A DNA stretch of 64,000 nt, taken from the NCBI RefSeq assembly GCF_041146345.1, contig NW_027191411.1, positions 992,001-1,056,000 on the forward strand, in the 5' to 3' direction. This DNA comes from Neodothiora populina. Its lineage: Eukaryota. Below the pieces are notes generated by a model that had not been told where the DNA came from, searched no databases, and was given only the letters and a program-made list of their open reading frames with translations. Within the stretch, counting starts at the first letter, position 1. Each line of letters starts with the position of its first letter. Shown here one piece after another: positions 25,556-37,229 of this stretch. The translations under genes and the position numbers were made by a program.

Positions 25556-26625
25556 AAGGTATACCTGCAGTCGGACGCAGGCCACGAAAGATATGGCCTT
25601 CAAGTCGTCAATCTAGACTGTGCTCGTAGTCATCACGCCTATTAGCTTTGACATGTTCTAATCGCATGTTACCTATATGCAGTCAGGTCGATGATATTGG
25701 TAGAACTCCCCAACTATACACGATACTGCCTCTGCTCGTTCGGACATGGCAATGTACCTAAACGAAGACACATGATCAAGCTAGTACATACACCTCTCCA
25801 ACACGAACACTTTCTGTTATGGAGGCAGAGCGATGTGACTTTCGACTCTCTCTCTCTCGTGATAGATACGAGATGTCGAATTTCTTATAAGCGTACGAAC
25901 CAATCAAATAAATCAGAGTACATCAGGTCGTCCATCATTAAAGATTCAATCAAGCTAAAAAAAACCCCTACTCACCGACCACAATCATGATTGCAAGTAA
26001 GAGAAAAAGCCATACCATACCGATGTAAAAGAGCACACAATGGGATAACGAACAGGGTCGCCCTTAAACCACTGTCTCAATATTCCAACAAGAAATATCG
26101 CGAGTCTCTAAATCACAATTGGCAGGGCAAGAACAGTACTGAAAACCCACTGTCCAGTCCACAAAACCCAGCAAAGCGACTTTCCACGGATCAAAGCAAT
26201 AGTGAAACAAGACAAACGCAGAGGTAAGATAAAGGTAGGAAAAGTCACTAATAAAGGTAACAAGCGCAACAGCAGCAGCCAGAGAGGAAGAAAATGGGAA
26301 AAAAGCCGACCCGGACCGTTCCTACATTTCTCTCTCTCCCTCTTTTCTTTTCTTATATCTTTTAAACTGAGCATTGTGTCTACTCTGGTTTGCTAGAACT
26401 ATCTTTTCACTTTGCTTATTCGTCAGAGACCGCGCTACTGGATGATATTCTCAGTTTTACATTGCTCACCTTTTCTTTTTCTGCACGAATGATCTATCGC
26501 GACGACTTTAAGCGCCCACTCTTCCGAAAATTGCAGTAACGAAGAGACAAATTTTCTTCAGTAAGCAGCCGAGCCCGCGTTGAATTTACAATAGGCAGCC
26601 TTTGCGCCCAATGTTCAACAACAAA

Positions 26626-26737
26626 GGCACTTTGGCGGAGTGGTTAACGCGATGCCCTGCTATGGATTCGATCTTTACTTCGAGTCTTAGTCCAGGCATT
26701 TCCTTCGGGAGCGTGTGTTCGAATCACACAGGTGTCG
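26626..26737 (+). tRNA. tRNA-Ser(GCT) with 31-nt intron (26663-26693)
   Basis: Same cloverleaf as the copy at 1591, with acceptor GGCACTT/AGGTGTC; T-run downstream. Confidence 0.95.
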
Positions 26738-27272
26738 TCGAAGAAGTTCTTTTTATCTGCGTCCTGTTCTTTTCCTCATGCTCCTAGCTTGGTGGACCTT
26801 TGCCATGTGTTTTATGGTGAGGCGATTGTTTGAGTGTGGTTTTTTGTACATTCAAGGAAGCGTACTTCGTAAGTGTTGGCACAATTAGTTTGAGTTGGTA
26901 GGTGTATTAGTGTTCTGGAGCAGTGCTGTGGAAGGCAAGTTGTTTTGGAACATCATTGACGACCTTGACTATGCGATCATCGTCTCATTGAACAACTGCA
27001 ATACTTGGGAATCACTTCAATGACTGTAACATCATAGAAAAACATGCATGTAGATTCGTTATAAAAATGCTTCGAATGCTATCATCTGTACATTTCGTAA
27101 AAGAAAATCCTTTCTTTGTTCTCTCAGACAAAAGAGAACGCAAGACCAATGCCAGTCATCTTTGACGGCAGCACCATCTACGTGATGGTATAGGCCTATA
27201 CTAGCTAGTATGCTGGTTGCAGTATATCTTTCTGTGTGGACCAGATGTTGATATCTGTACCGAGCACAGTAT

Positions 27273-27918
27273 TTACTTGCTCTTGGCCTTCTCCTCGGCG
27301 AGGTGGGCAGTCTCCTTCTGGAGCTGGTCTATCGTGCTCTTCGAGGCCTTGATCTCGCCTCTGTCTGCCTTGATCTGTTTTCACACTGTCGGTAGCTGTT
27401 CTTGTACACAACTGTAGGAATCGAAGTGGGGTGTGGAGGCGTGGAGATGGGGGTGTGTCGAATGGACAGGGTCGCCATGTGCTCAACTTGTACTTGGGAG
27501 CTGTGGCTGCACCGCGTTCGAAAGGAATCTGTGACTGTGTGGGATGCAGAAGATAAACTTACAATGCTCTCGCTGTTGCTGGCAAGCTCGTCGTGCCATT
27601 CACCCTTGCCCTCCTTCTGCTTCTTCAGTTGTGCCTGCTTGGCCTGTTCGGCCTCCTCAGCGCGGCCCTCATGATCTGAAGTGAAAACAATGTCAGCAGA
27701 TGCGCATAGGATGCCTTGTGAATGCCAATGGAGCTGAAAAGCACATGTGGACCATGAAGTAGCACGACTAAATGCTAGATGTCGATGGTGTGTAGGAAAT
27801 CAAGTGGAAACTCACGTAGAGCATCCTCCTTGCCAGCGAAGACCGCGCGAGAGGTCTGGAATGATCGAACGGGGGCAGAGACAATTGCTCTTCTGGCGAT
27901 GAATGATCGAGACAGCAT
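27273..27918 (-). CDS. Small (about 105 aa) mitochondrial-targeted coiled-coil protein, possibly ATPase-inhibitor-like; exons 27918-27816, 27675-27563, 27374-27273
   Basis: Presequence MLSRSFIARRAIVSAPVRSFQTSRAVF. Spliced product AGKEDALH|HEGRAEEAEQAKQAQLKKQKEGKGEWHDELASNSESI|IKADRGEI.... GT..AG introns keep the frame. Split across several ORFs in the track. Confidence 0.75.
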
Positions 27919-29331
27919 CTTGAGGATTGATGAATTGGCTTGGTTTTTCAAAAGGTATGAAGACACGGGTCGCATGCGGTTCGGGACCTCGGTTATGCAG
28001 GTCTGATGTAGAGATATTCAAGTGAGAGCTGGAAGCTGAGGAAGCTGATAGAGTGTAGTAGAGGTCTGTTTGGGTGATGGGATGGATGGTATTGTGAAAG
28101 GAGAAGAGGAAATATTCAAGTCAATAAGCTCCTCGAGGAATTATCTAGTTTCCCATACGACGACCATCCTCGGCTACCAACCTCCAAGCAACTTGTCTCA
28201 TCACTGCTTGAGCAGTTGCGGGATACTTGATTGTGACGTCACCGATCACCAGCGAGTGACGAATTGGCTTCGTCGTATTACAGTACAACAATGCTAGCCC
28301 ACCTTTGTTCGGATGACAGGAGTGTCTATCGAGGACTGGAGCTAGATGAGACGATCAATATCATGACATAGCATTTCTATATGATGAAGAATGCCGTGCG
28401 TGTTGTCAGACTGGACAGACGTCGCATCCCGTCTGGAAGCTTGACACTGACGCAGCAGTTCGTAAGTGGCAGAATTCTCCGACATGTACCGAACAATGCA
28501 CGAGCCAACACATGAGGGAATACGCCAGATGCAGAACTATCACTGAAAAATAGACAGTGATTCGATTGTGTCTTATCCAAGATGTAACCCAACACCAGAC
28601 CCAGCCATGTAAGCCATGTCCCAAATCCAGTGAGTGTAGCAAAGCAATAGATCCAGACCTTCCCCCGAGTGGTATACCAACAAAAAAATGACTCCTTTCC
28701 CAAGGCTCGCTCGCTGGAGACACGCTAGGGTGAACTGTAGATGATCACTCCGATATGTAAAAGCAGCCTCCGTTCTCCGAGCCAAAGTCTTCTTCGCAAT
28801 ATGAGATTCGTGACAAGAAGAGGATGTATAAGCGAAAGCAGAAAAAACCCGGTTTGCCCCCAAAAAGAGAAAACAGAATATATCCCATCAGATCAAAACA
28901 GAAATAGAACACCGACCTATGTGTGTTCGCGAAGCAAATATTTTCTGTTTCGTTCCTTCCTCTGGCAACACCATCCCCCGAAATAAAAAGGAAAACACCA
29001 TGCTTTGCTGTAATATCGCTCAAGATAAAACCATCGTGATACGAAAATCAGGACCATTCAATGATCCGAGAATATATGTTAGGCAGAGAAAATAAAGGTG
29101 CATATGCAGGTCATGACATTAAAACGCCGGTCGTCCAGGATTCCAGGTCCGCAACCCAAAGGTGGGTATCTTTTTTTTAGTCGAAAAAGAAGCATTCGTT
29201 AAATCTGTACAGTCGGAGGGGATCAAAATGATACCGTGTGGTTTCTTTTGGTCTAATCCAGTGAGTGCGTCCCGCCAGCCCTGAAAGAGGTTGTTGCGCC
29301 ATGTCAATGTCATGAAGAGAAATGCAATCCT

Positions 29332-29979
29332 CTACCAGCGACGGTTGCCATATTGGTGCTGCATCTGGCGGGCGGGCGAGACGCTGGGGGGAGGGCTCGC
29401 AATAGAGACCCGGGTGCTAGGGTCCACGATGGGAATGGCATTGCGAGTGCGCTGAGCAAGAGGCTGATGAAGCTTCATCTGGTTGTGTTGGAAGGAACCG
29501 GTATTAAAGGCATTAGGGGTGGCAGCAGACAGCACAAAGGAGGGCGTGGGCTGAGCGGTCTGCTGTAGAGGAGAAGCATCGGGAGATCCCGATGACAACG
29601 AAGATCGGTCAGAAGAGTTGGACGAGTGGATAGAATGGAGCTGGTGATGCTTGTCAGATGGTTTTGCGCAAACATTAATCAGATTAGATTTCGAACATAC
29701 ATCGTCCTCGGTCAGGAGATGGAAGGGACAGAACACCTCGTCATCCTCAAACTCGAAGCTCTTGGCAGCCTCGAGGTCCCGCATGTACGCATTGTACTCA
29801 GGAGTCTCGGGGATGGATTTGGGACTTCTTTGGGCCTTGTACTGCTGTTGACGATGGGCGTTCTGACCAGATGAAATGCGCGGACCGCGGCGGGATCGAC
29901 CGTGGTGGTTGTTTGAGTGGGCGGGATGAGCAGAAATTGGTTGCGCAGAGGGGTGGAAGCCGTAATGGAAGTTTGACAT
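29332..29979 (-). CDS. Low-complexity fungal protein of unknown function; probable intron 29700-29641
   Basis: ATG at 29979 (MSNFHYG). Motifs AAKSFEFEDDEVFCPFHLLTEDD and QPLAQRTRNAIPIVDP. Intron GTATGT..CTGAC..CCAG. Confidence 0.8.
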   Translation of the reverse strand: MSNFHYGFHPSAQPISAHPAHSNNHHGRSRRGPRISSGQNAHRQQQYKAQRSPKSIPETPEYNAYMRDLEAAKSFEFEDDEVFCPFHLLTEDDVCSKSNLINVCAKPSDKHHQLHSIHSSNSSDRSSLSSGSPDASPLQQTAQPTPSFVLSAATPNAFNTGSFQHNQMKLHQPLAQRTRNAIPIVDPSTRVSIASPPPSVSPARQMQHQYGNRRW

Positions 29980-32900
29980 GATTGCGGAATTCGTTTGTGG
30001 GATATTGAAATGAGCCGAAGGAGGTCGTACTTTGCGTGTAGAGTGCGCGAATCGGAAGGCAAAGGTCAATCTAGACGAAAAGGAAGCGGATTTTGTCGAA
30101 GATGACGGAAGAGAGATAAATAATTGGTATAATTTTGAAGCTTTTTGATAGGTGTTATTGGAAGGTTGGAAATGCGACGGATATTATGGGTAATGATATG
30201 AAAGTGTGTGGGAGGGAGGATGGCTGGTGATGAAGAAACAAGAGGCTCGGGGGGGGGGGAAAGAGGCGAACAGGGAGTGGGACCTGTAGACGGTGGGGAC
30301 AAGAGACAAGACCCGTGGACATGTTTCCACACTACAATGCACTACGATGTGAGCGTCCAAGTGCAAAGGCAGAAAAATGCACTGACGCTGCCGCTAGCCG
30401 TCTTTGGTGCATGACGAGCTTCCCAGCGGCTTGCGGAACCAATCACGCCCCGTCTCCGCTCCCCTGCCGTTCTCAGGGCCAGCTACCTCACCAGAGGTAC
30501 AAGTACTCCGTATCCGATCATGGGAAACAACACGGGCCCGACTCTGCTGTACTAGGCGATATCTGGATGCCGATACACTACTGGCCGAGCAACCTCCCAT
30601 ACTACTCCATGGCCATGGCATCACAACGTTGCCTCATACAACCAGACAGGTCAGGCAGTATACTGTTGGTTGTTGCTGCCAACGCATGGCTCCCTTGCAC
30701 AGTCCCCTAATCGAGAGCAATAATAAGCAAAAGCAAAGCACTGCCTCGGGAAACGAAGCTCCGTGTGAGATGAGAGGTCCCACCTACCTTAGCCTGCATG
30801 AGACACAGCGGTCTTTAGCGCCTCGAAGCCTGGTCGCTTCTCGAGTGTGGCGCAATGCGCTCGCCGGCCCGCTTTCTGATCTCTTCTTTGACCGCCTGAC
30901 TACCGCTCAGACCTTTTTACCATGCGCCGGGGACTTTCGTGAAACCACAGGTACCATTCCAACATTGGATATTGCCTGTTATCCTGTGAGTCTGTGACTA
31001 TCTGCAAAACATCGTCCGAACCAGTCGAGCGTTGCGAACTGTGCGTGCTCGCCCGCCCCATGGAGACCTGTTGACAGGGCGGCAACGGCGTGAGCGTTTA
31101 CTGAGGCAAAATTCGAATAGGGACAGGCTCTGGCTTTGGCCTGAAGCCAATTGTCTTGACCATGCCAACAACGTTCGTTCATGGGACCATCAACACCCGA
31201 TAGTTCTAATCGCATCTATTGCGAACCTGACATACAGTGTGCACCATACAAGTAAGATTATTGAATGCACCAGGAGATATCACAGCATCTCTCGCGTTCA
31301 CGAGACATGGAGACCAGAAAGACGCTTGCGGGACCCGAAACGGACAGGAACAATGGGAACTGGAAAGTGCAAGCGGCACCTGCAGTTTGGTGACTGAGGT
31401 ACTGTACAGCAGTCCGGTACGAAAGTACAGCGCGGTAGTAGAACGGTAGTAGAACATTCTCGGCAACCCCACTGTAACATCGTCTCGTCTCCGATTTTAG
31501 CCATAGCAAAGGCAGAGCTCATTTCGTCGCGCCACTGATGTCCCCCGCCGTACCTCTCGTGGCTTCAGGGGGTGCAAGCACTTAGATTTCTTTCCCTCGA
31601 ACATCGTCTCTGATCCTGAGATTGAGGGCTTGCTATAATTAAACGCCAAGCCACACTCCTCAAAAGGCTGATGTCAGGTACGAATGCTTATTTCACCCAC
31701 GGCTGTACACGCCCCCCTCGAATGTACAGTATGCAATTTTGCTACCCCTCGAAAGGGCACGACTCCTGAGTTTGAGTGGATCCTCCATCATGCATTTCAG
31801 GTACAGTATATATCGTTCATACGTCTGTGACAATGACCTATCCGAGATTGCCTTCGTCTCGGCCTCGTGGCAGCACGTTGTAATATCATTCCCTCAAACC
31901 TCCGACAATTCTCCTATACCTGGATCTACCATGATGGGTAACCCCTCATTCCTCATTTCTCATTTCTCGTATCCCTCGTACATGTTTCAAGATTGTGGCA
32001 CGAGGCATATGCTCTACTCGAGGGGTCAATCGTACCCTACGCGATCCCGGAGATCTACAATCGATAGATGTCCTCGGGTGGCTACACTAAGTATAAGTAA
32101 TTACGACTGAATTTCACGAATCGTATAAGCTTAATATGATTTCGTTTCCGTTTCAAAGGGCGACTTTGATGAGCATTGATCACCTATTTGAGGAACCGGT
32201 GCGGATTCTGAGTCCGCAGGACAGGATTGGTATCGCATATCGATAAAGCAACATTACCCACTGTAAACAACAGGGCTATGCGCAAGCAGTATTGAGCCAG
32301 ATGTACAGAGTTACAGTGCAATGACAATCGATAATACGAGGTTGTCGCTCCTAGACCAAGCCATCTTCATGAGAACTCGAGATGTGGATATGCATCATGC
32401 CAGATCTGACATCAAGAATTGCATGATGTCGGACTAATCCTTGCACTGTGGGTTTGAAGCCTTCCAGCTGCAATCAAGCGAATCAGAGCTTCAATCGTGG
32501 AACATAGATTCTCCAAGGTCCATTTTGTGTCTCTCGACTACCTCGACCTGAGTAGAGATGACGTCGCTCTGGGATCTCTCGTCAACTTCCCCAGCTCTCT
32601 CTCTGAGCATATACCCCGCGTTGGGGTTGTCATCATTATGTGTAGGACATGTCCAACTGCCAAACACAACCCTGACGTTACCCTGCTTGGTGGAGCTTAA
32701 AAGAGCTCTGACTACCAGATGACTTCCAATTGACTGTGCCTGCTTCCCTTGTGCTCTGTTGTTTTCTTCATCTTAGACGAACTCAAGAATACATCCTGAC
32801 AATATATCTTTCTGTATCATACAAACGCTGGTTGATAGAGAACACTGACACAGATATGGATTCACTGGTAAAACCATATTGTCCTTTATGCTCATTGCAA

Positions 32901-33001
32901 GCAATTCCATTGATATCGCTCAATAGATCTTCCATGGTTACTGTTACGGCACCGCAATCTGGTACGCCCTTCGTGGCGCCTGCCGAGTATATGATCCAGA
33001 A

Positions 33002-33452
33002 ATGGTAATCGGCTGTAAGCACTCCTTTGCCTGCGGCAGCATCTTCGGGTCTCCTCCCTTTTCGCATCCAAGAATCAATCTGACCTTTGGACTGAACGAC
33101 AGGGTTCCGTCCTCCAATTCAAAGCCATTTTGTACCCAATGATCTGGAGAGATACACAATCAAGACCGACGCCTGGGGACTGATATCCCTTGCTCTGCTG
33201 CTGGTCACACTTTCGATTTACGCATCACAGACATCCGCAGGATTCAGGCGTGCCGCGGTCTTGGTGACGGTTATGCACCATGTGACCACTGGTATCGGAG
33301 CCTGGGACCATTACAAAATGGACAGCCACTTCAACACGAGCATGGGTATCGGTGTCTGGGCCAATGTGTGGCTGACTCTTGTCGGACTGGCAGCTACAGC
33401 GGTGATGCCAGGAACTCGAGAGGGACGAACACTGGACAAAAAAGTGAGGTAG
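33002..33452 (+). pseudogene. Small multi-TM fungal membrane-protein gene interrupted by a +1 frameshift (or a sequencing error)
   Basis: Frame from ATG 33002 (..PFSHPRINLTFGLNDRVPSSNSKPF) stops at 33140. Removing one T from TTTT 33128-33131 continues into VPNDLERYTIKTDAWGLISLALLLVTLS...HHVTTGIGAWDHYKMDSHFNTSMGIGVWANVWLTLVG. Confidence 0.55.
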
Positions 33453-34528
33453 AGTCTGTGTCGGCAGCAGGGGTAGTGTGGACGAACATAGCTGTGAACG
33501 ATATTCAACGGGAAGGCGAATAACGAAATAGAAGATCGGTAATTCTGGGATTTAGATCAAGAGCTTCGAATCCTCCAAACACCTCTACACATACAACATG
33601 TTTCGATGAGTCGAGATATTGCACGTTGTATCGGACTCGTCGCCATCGAGGCAGTGTTCTTCGATGTCGAAAGTCGAGTCCATTGTAGCGCGAACCCAAT
33701 AGGAGTCCATTTAGAGAACGACATGGTCAAGAAGATCGCTTTTGGCTATACATAATCTCAAAAGTGCAGCTTGAAATTCGACTTTTACGTGCAACAAGTC
33801 GTAATGTGTATCAATGCATATAACAAGAGGTCCGGTCAACGTCGATGGGTGAGGCCTGTGCGCTAGGATTACCAGATGCAATGTAAGCAAAGTAAGAGGT
33901 AGGGCACCTTAGGATAGAGAAATAAATAAGCCATCTTTTCAACATGTACTGTAGGAAGGAGCGACCACAGCTACCCGACTGCTAGTGTGTTCGTCTATCA
34001 CGAGACATGACAGCACACAGACATACTCAGGTCCTTTGTAATTGCTAGATGTGGTGCTTTGATATACAATACTTGCCGGTCCTTGGACAAGGTAATCTGA
34101 TACTCGCCAAAGGTCAGCAATAAGCCAGAAAATAGGTAAAGTGTGAGTGCTGAAAGGGATCGCCAAGCAATTTGCGTCAGTGGCTCGCATCCTCGCACCC
34201 TCGGCAGCGAGCATTAGCTGCAGCAGCTAAGGTATTGAAGACCTTTGGTTGCAATTCAAGGTGATCGGGTTCCCTATCGAAGTGCTTCTTGGCCCGCTGC
34301 AATTGCTATCATTGTGACTGCACCCTCTGAGCGGATATAGGTAGATCTCGTGCATATTTTTGCAGTTGTATGCATACACCATAAACACATCCATTGCGCC
34401 GACAGATTTCCCGACTCCCTATACAATCAGGAGGCAGCTCGGCACACCGTCTGCGCTCCCGTCTCAACCATTGCACGCATATTCGAACCATGAAACCGAG
34501 ATAGCACGACAACAACTTGCGGAAGACG

Positions 34529-36786
34529 ATGAACGGCGAGTCCCCGGATGAGCGGGATGCCAGAACGCTCTCTCTCTGGAAAAAGTTGGATTCGGAAAAG
34601 CAGGGCGCTCTAGACATACGAGCTCTGAAGAAAGGATTGAAGAAGATCGACCATCGTGAGCAGCATCATTTCAGCCAGCTCGGTGCGCTTGCAGCAGCAA
34701 CAACTGATTCCCGTCTCTCCCTCCAATAGCTCTGAAGAATGCCGATGGCTTGATCGAAGATATCCTCGACTTTGCAGACTTGAACAACGATGGCAGAATT
34801 TCATACGATGGTCAGCTCCTTGTGCCCCTCATCGTCACCAGGAATTTGCTTTTACTCGAGTCTACTCTATCTGTTATGATCGAAACACTGATTATGCGCC
34901 GAAGAATTCCGAAAATTCGTACTACAGACCGAGCGGGAGCTGTGGTCCCTTTTCAACAGCATCGACAAGGATCGAGACGGCCACATTGATAAATCAGAAT
35001 TGCGCGCAGCCTTCGTGAGGGCCGGCCTCGCCGTTCCCAATTCACGCCTGGACAAGTTCTTTGCAGACGTGGACTCCGACAACGATGGTGTCATCAGCTT
35101 CGACGAATGGCGGTATGTATTCGTGCAACAAAACCTCGCTCAGACTGTGACTCGCTGCACGCATTCCAGAATGTGATTACTGACTTTTGTTCTTATTGAC
35201 AGCGACTTTCTCCTCTTTCTGCCGTCCCAATCACCCGGCTTGAAAGCTGTCTTATCGTACTATCAGTCCGCCTTGAAGCTCACTGCTGAAGGAGACGTTT
35301 CTGTGAGCGACGATACTATACAAGGCTTAGGTACCGCAGCATCTTCCTTCCTCAAGACCCTTGAAAGATATTCTTTTGGTGCCATTACACAGATTGTCGC
35401 TCGCCCGGCGGTTCAGCAAGAGTCGGCGGATTCGGGAGCTGTTACGCAACTGCGCAGTACCTCCGATCCTCTAGACGAGGTAGAGCTGATGCAGCCTGAA
35501 CACACATCACCCGAGTTGCAGAAGTGGACGGTGCTGACGCAGTACGTGCCCGATCCAGGCTACTTCCTGGCTGGTGGTTTGTCTGGTGTCGCCTCAAGGA
35601 CCACCACTGCCCCGCTTGACCGTCTAAAAGTTTATCTTATCGCGAATACCGGAAAATCAGACGAAGCAATCAGTGCTGCCAAACATGGCGAGCCGATCAA
35701 GGCTACCGAACACGCCGGACAGGGCATGGTAAGGGCGATGAAACAACTTTGGGCCGCCGGTGGGCTTAGGAGCCTCTTTGCTGGTATGTCTCAATCCACT
35801 GAGACTGCTATAATCCTTGTACTAACCTAAAGCAAGGCAATGGCATCAACGTCATCAAAGTCATGCCAGAGTCAGCTGTCAAATTCGGTTCATACGAGGT
35901 GCGTCGCTGTGATTCGAGTTGTAACTGCCGCCACTCCCTGACTGACAAGTCATGCGTAGGCTGCGAAAAAAGTCGTTGCTCGCTTCGAAGGACACAGCGA
36001 TACCAAGAAAATCGCGCCTTACTCTCAGTTCATTGCAGGTGGTCTTGCTGGAATGTTCTCACAGTATGTCTTCTATCTTGCCATTCACATCGTGTGGAAG
36101 CATGGCTGACCCACTTATAGGGCTGTAGTGTATCCTTTGGACACCCTAAAATTGTAAGCGTCCCACGTGAGGTCAAAATGTCTACTCACGCTCACACGTT
36201 CTACAGCCGAATGCAATGCGAGACTGTCCCCGGCGGCATGCACGGAAACCAACTCATCATACACACAGCGAAGAAGATGTGGAGCACTACGGGCATAGCA
36301 GGTTTCTACCGTGGATTGCCCATGGGTCTCATCGGCATGTTCCCTTACGCTGCGATTGACCTTGGAACCTTTGAGTACCTGAAACGCACTCTTACTCGCT
36401 ACTACGCGAAAAAGTATGGTGGACATGAGGAAGACTCTGCGCCAGGTGGCTTCACCACTGCATTGATTGGAGGCATGAGTGGTGCTTTTGGAGCCTCGAC
36501 GGTCTACCCTTTGAACTTACTGAGGACCAGGCTGCAGTCACAAGGAACTGCAAGCCATCCACGAACGTATACTGGTATCGTCGATGTCACCCGACAGACC
36601 ATTAAAGGCGAGGGTGTCCGAGGGCTCTTCAAAGGATTGACTCCAAATCTTCTGAAGGTGGTTCCTGCAGTGTCAATAGTGAGTCCCTACGGAGTACTTA
36701 TGCATCCCCCGCCCCGAAGTTGTCTAACACTTTCACAGACCTACGTCGTATACGAAGAGACGAAGAAGAAGTTGCACCTGAAGTGA
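34529..36786 (+). CDS. SAL1: Calcium-binding mitochondrial ATP-Mg/Pi carrier (SCaMC/SLC25A24-like); introns 34656-34729, 34811-34904, 35113-35202, optional 35331-35558, 35784-35836, 35899-35959, 36064-36120, 36153-36206, 36679-36738
   Basis: EF-hands (DLNNDGRISYDE, DKDRDGHIDKSE, DSDNDGVISFDE) followed by three carrier repeats (PLDRLK, PLDTLK, PLNLLR). Confidence 0.93.
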
Positions 36787-37229
36787 AAGATCTCGGCGGC
36801 CTAACAACAATGATACGAGTAAGATACCCAAAGAACCTCTTGTTGTCCTTCAGGGCGATAAACCTTTTCATGTCGCGCGTTCTCCTTTTGTTTTTGCATT
36901 GCGCTTGGCGCTTGGGCTGGATGTAGGTAAAGGACAGTTACACTACCATGCTACGTATGAGAGGGCTACATTGACAATTGAGCTCTTTTATGTTGTTTTT
37001 CCACGCCACAGGCAGTTTGAGGTTCTTGAAGGATAGTGTGCTCCACTTAGAGCGCGCATGCCATGACAATGTCGGCATGGGAAATGTCATGTTCATTGAC
37101 TTAATATTACATTTCGATAAACTGGCAGCGATCCTTGTCCCTACTCGACATCGCCATACACCCACGTTGCGATGTTCACCTTGGCGGACCGTCTTGACTG
37201 CTCAGTAATAGGGGCTTTTGCCAATTACT

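Noticed and set aside
28381..28450. ATGATGA...CTGA resembling a box C/D snoRNA
   Set aside because: No terminal stem and no guide complementary to rRNA that I could recognise; an Infernal/snoscan search would be needed.
30070..33000. Possible transposon relic or RIP-mutated DNA in the long intergenic stretches
   Set aside because: No TIRs, LTRs, transposase/RT motifs or marked TpA-rich AT blocks were seen.
36679..36738. Read-through of ORF 36178-36786 as a 20-aa insertion in SAL1
   Set aside because: It has canonical GTGAGT/CTAAC/CAG signals and would disrupt the last TM helix, so it is treated as an ordinary intron.
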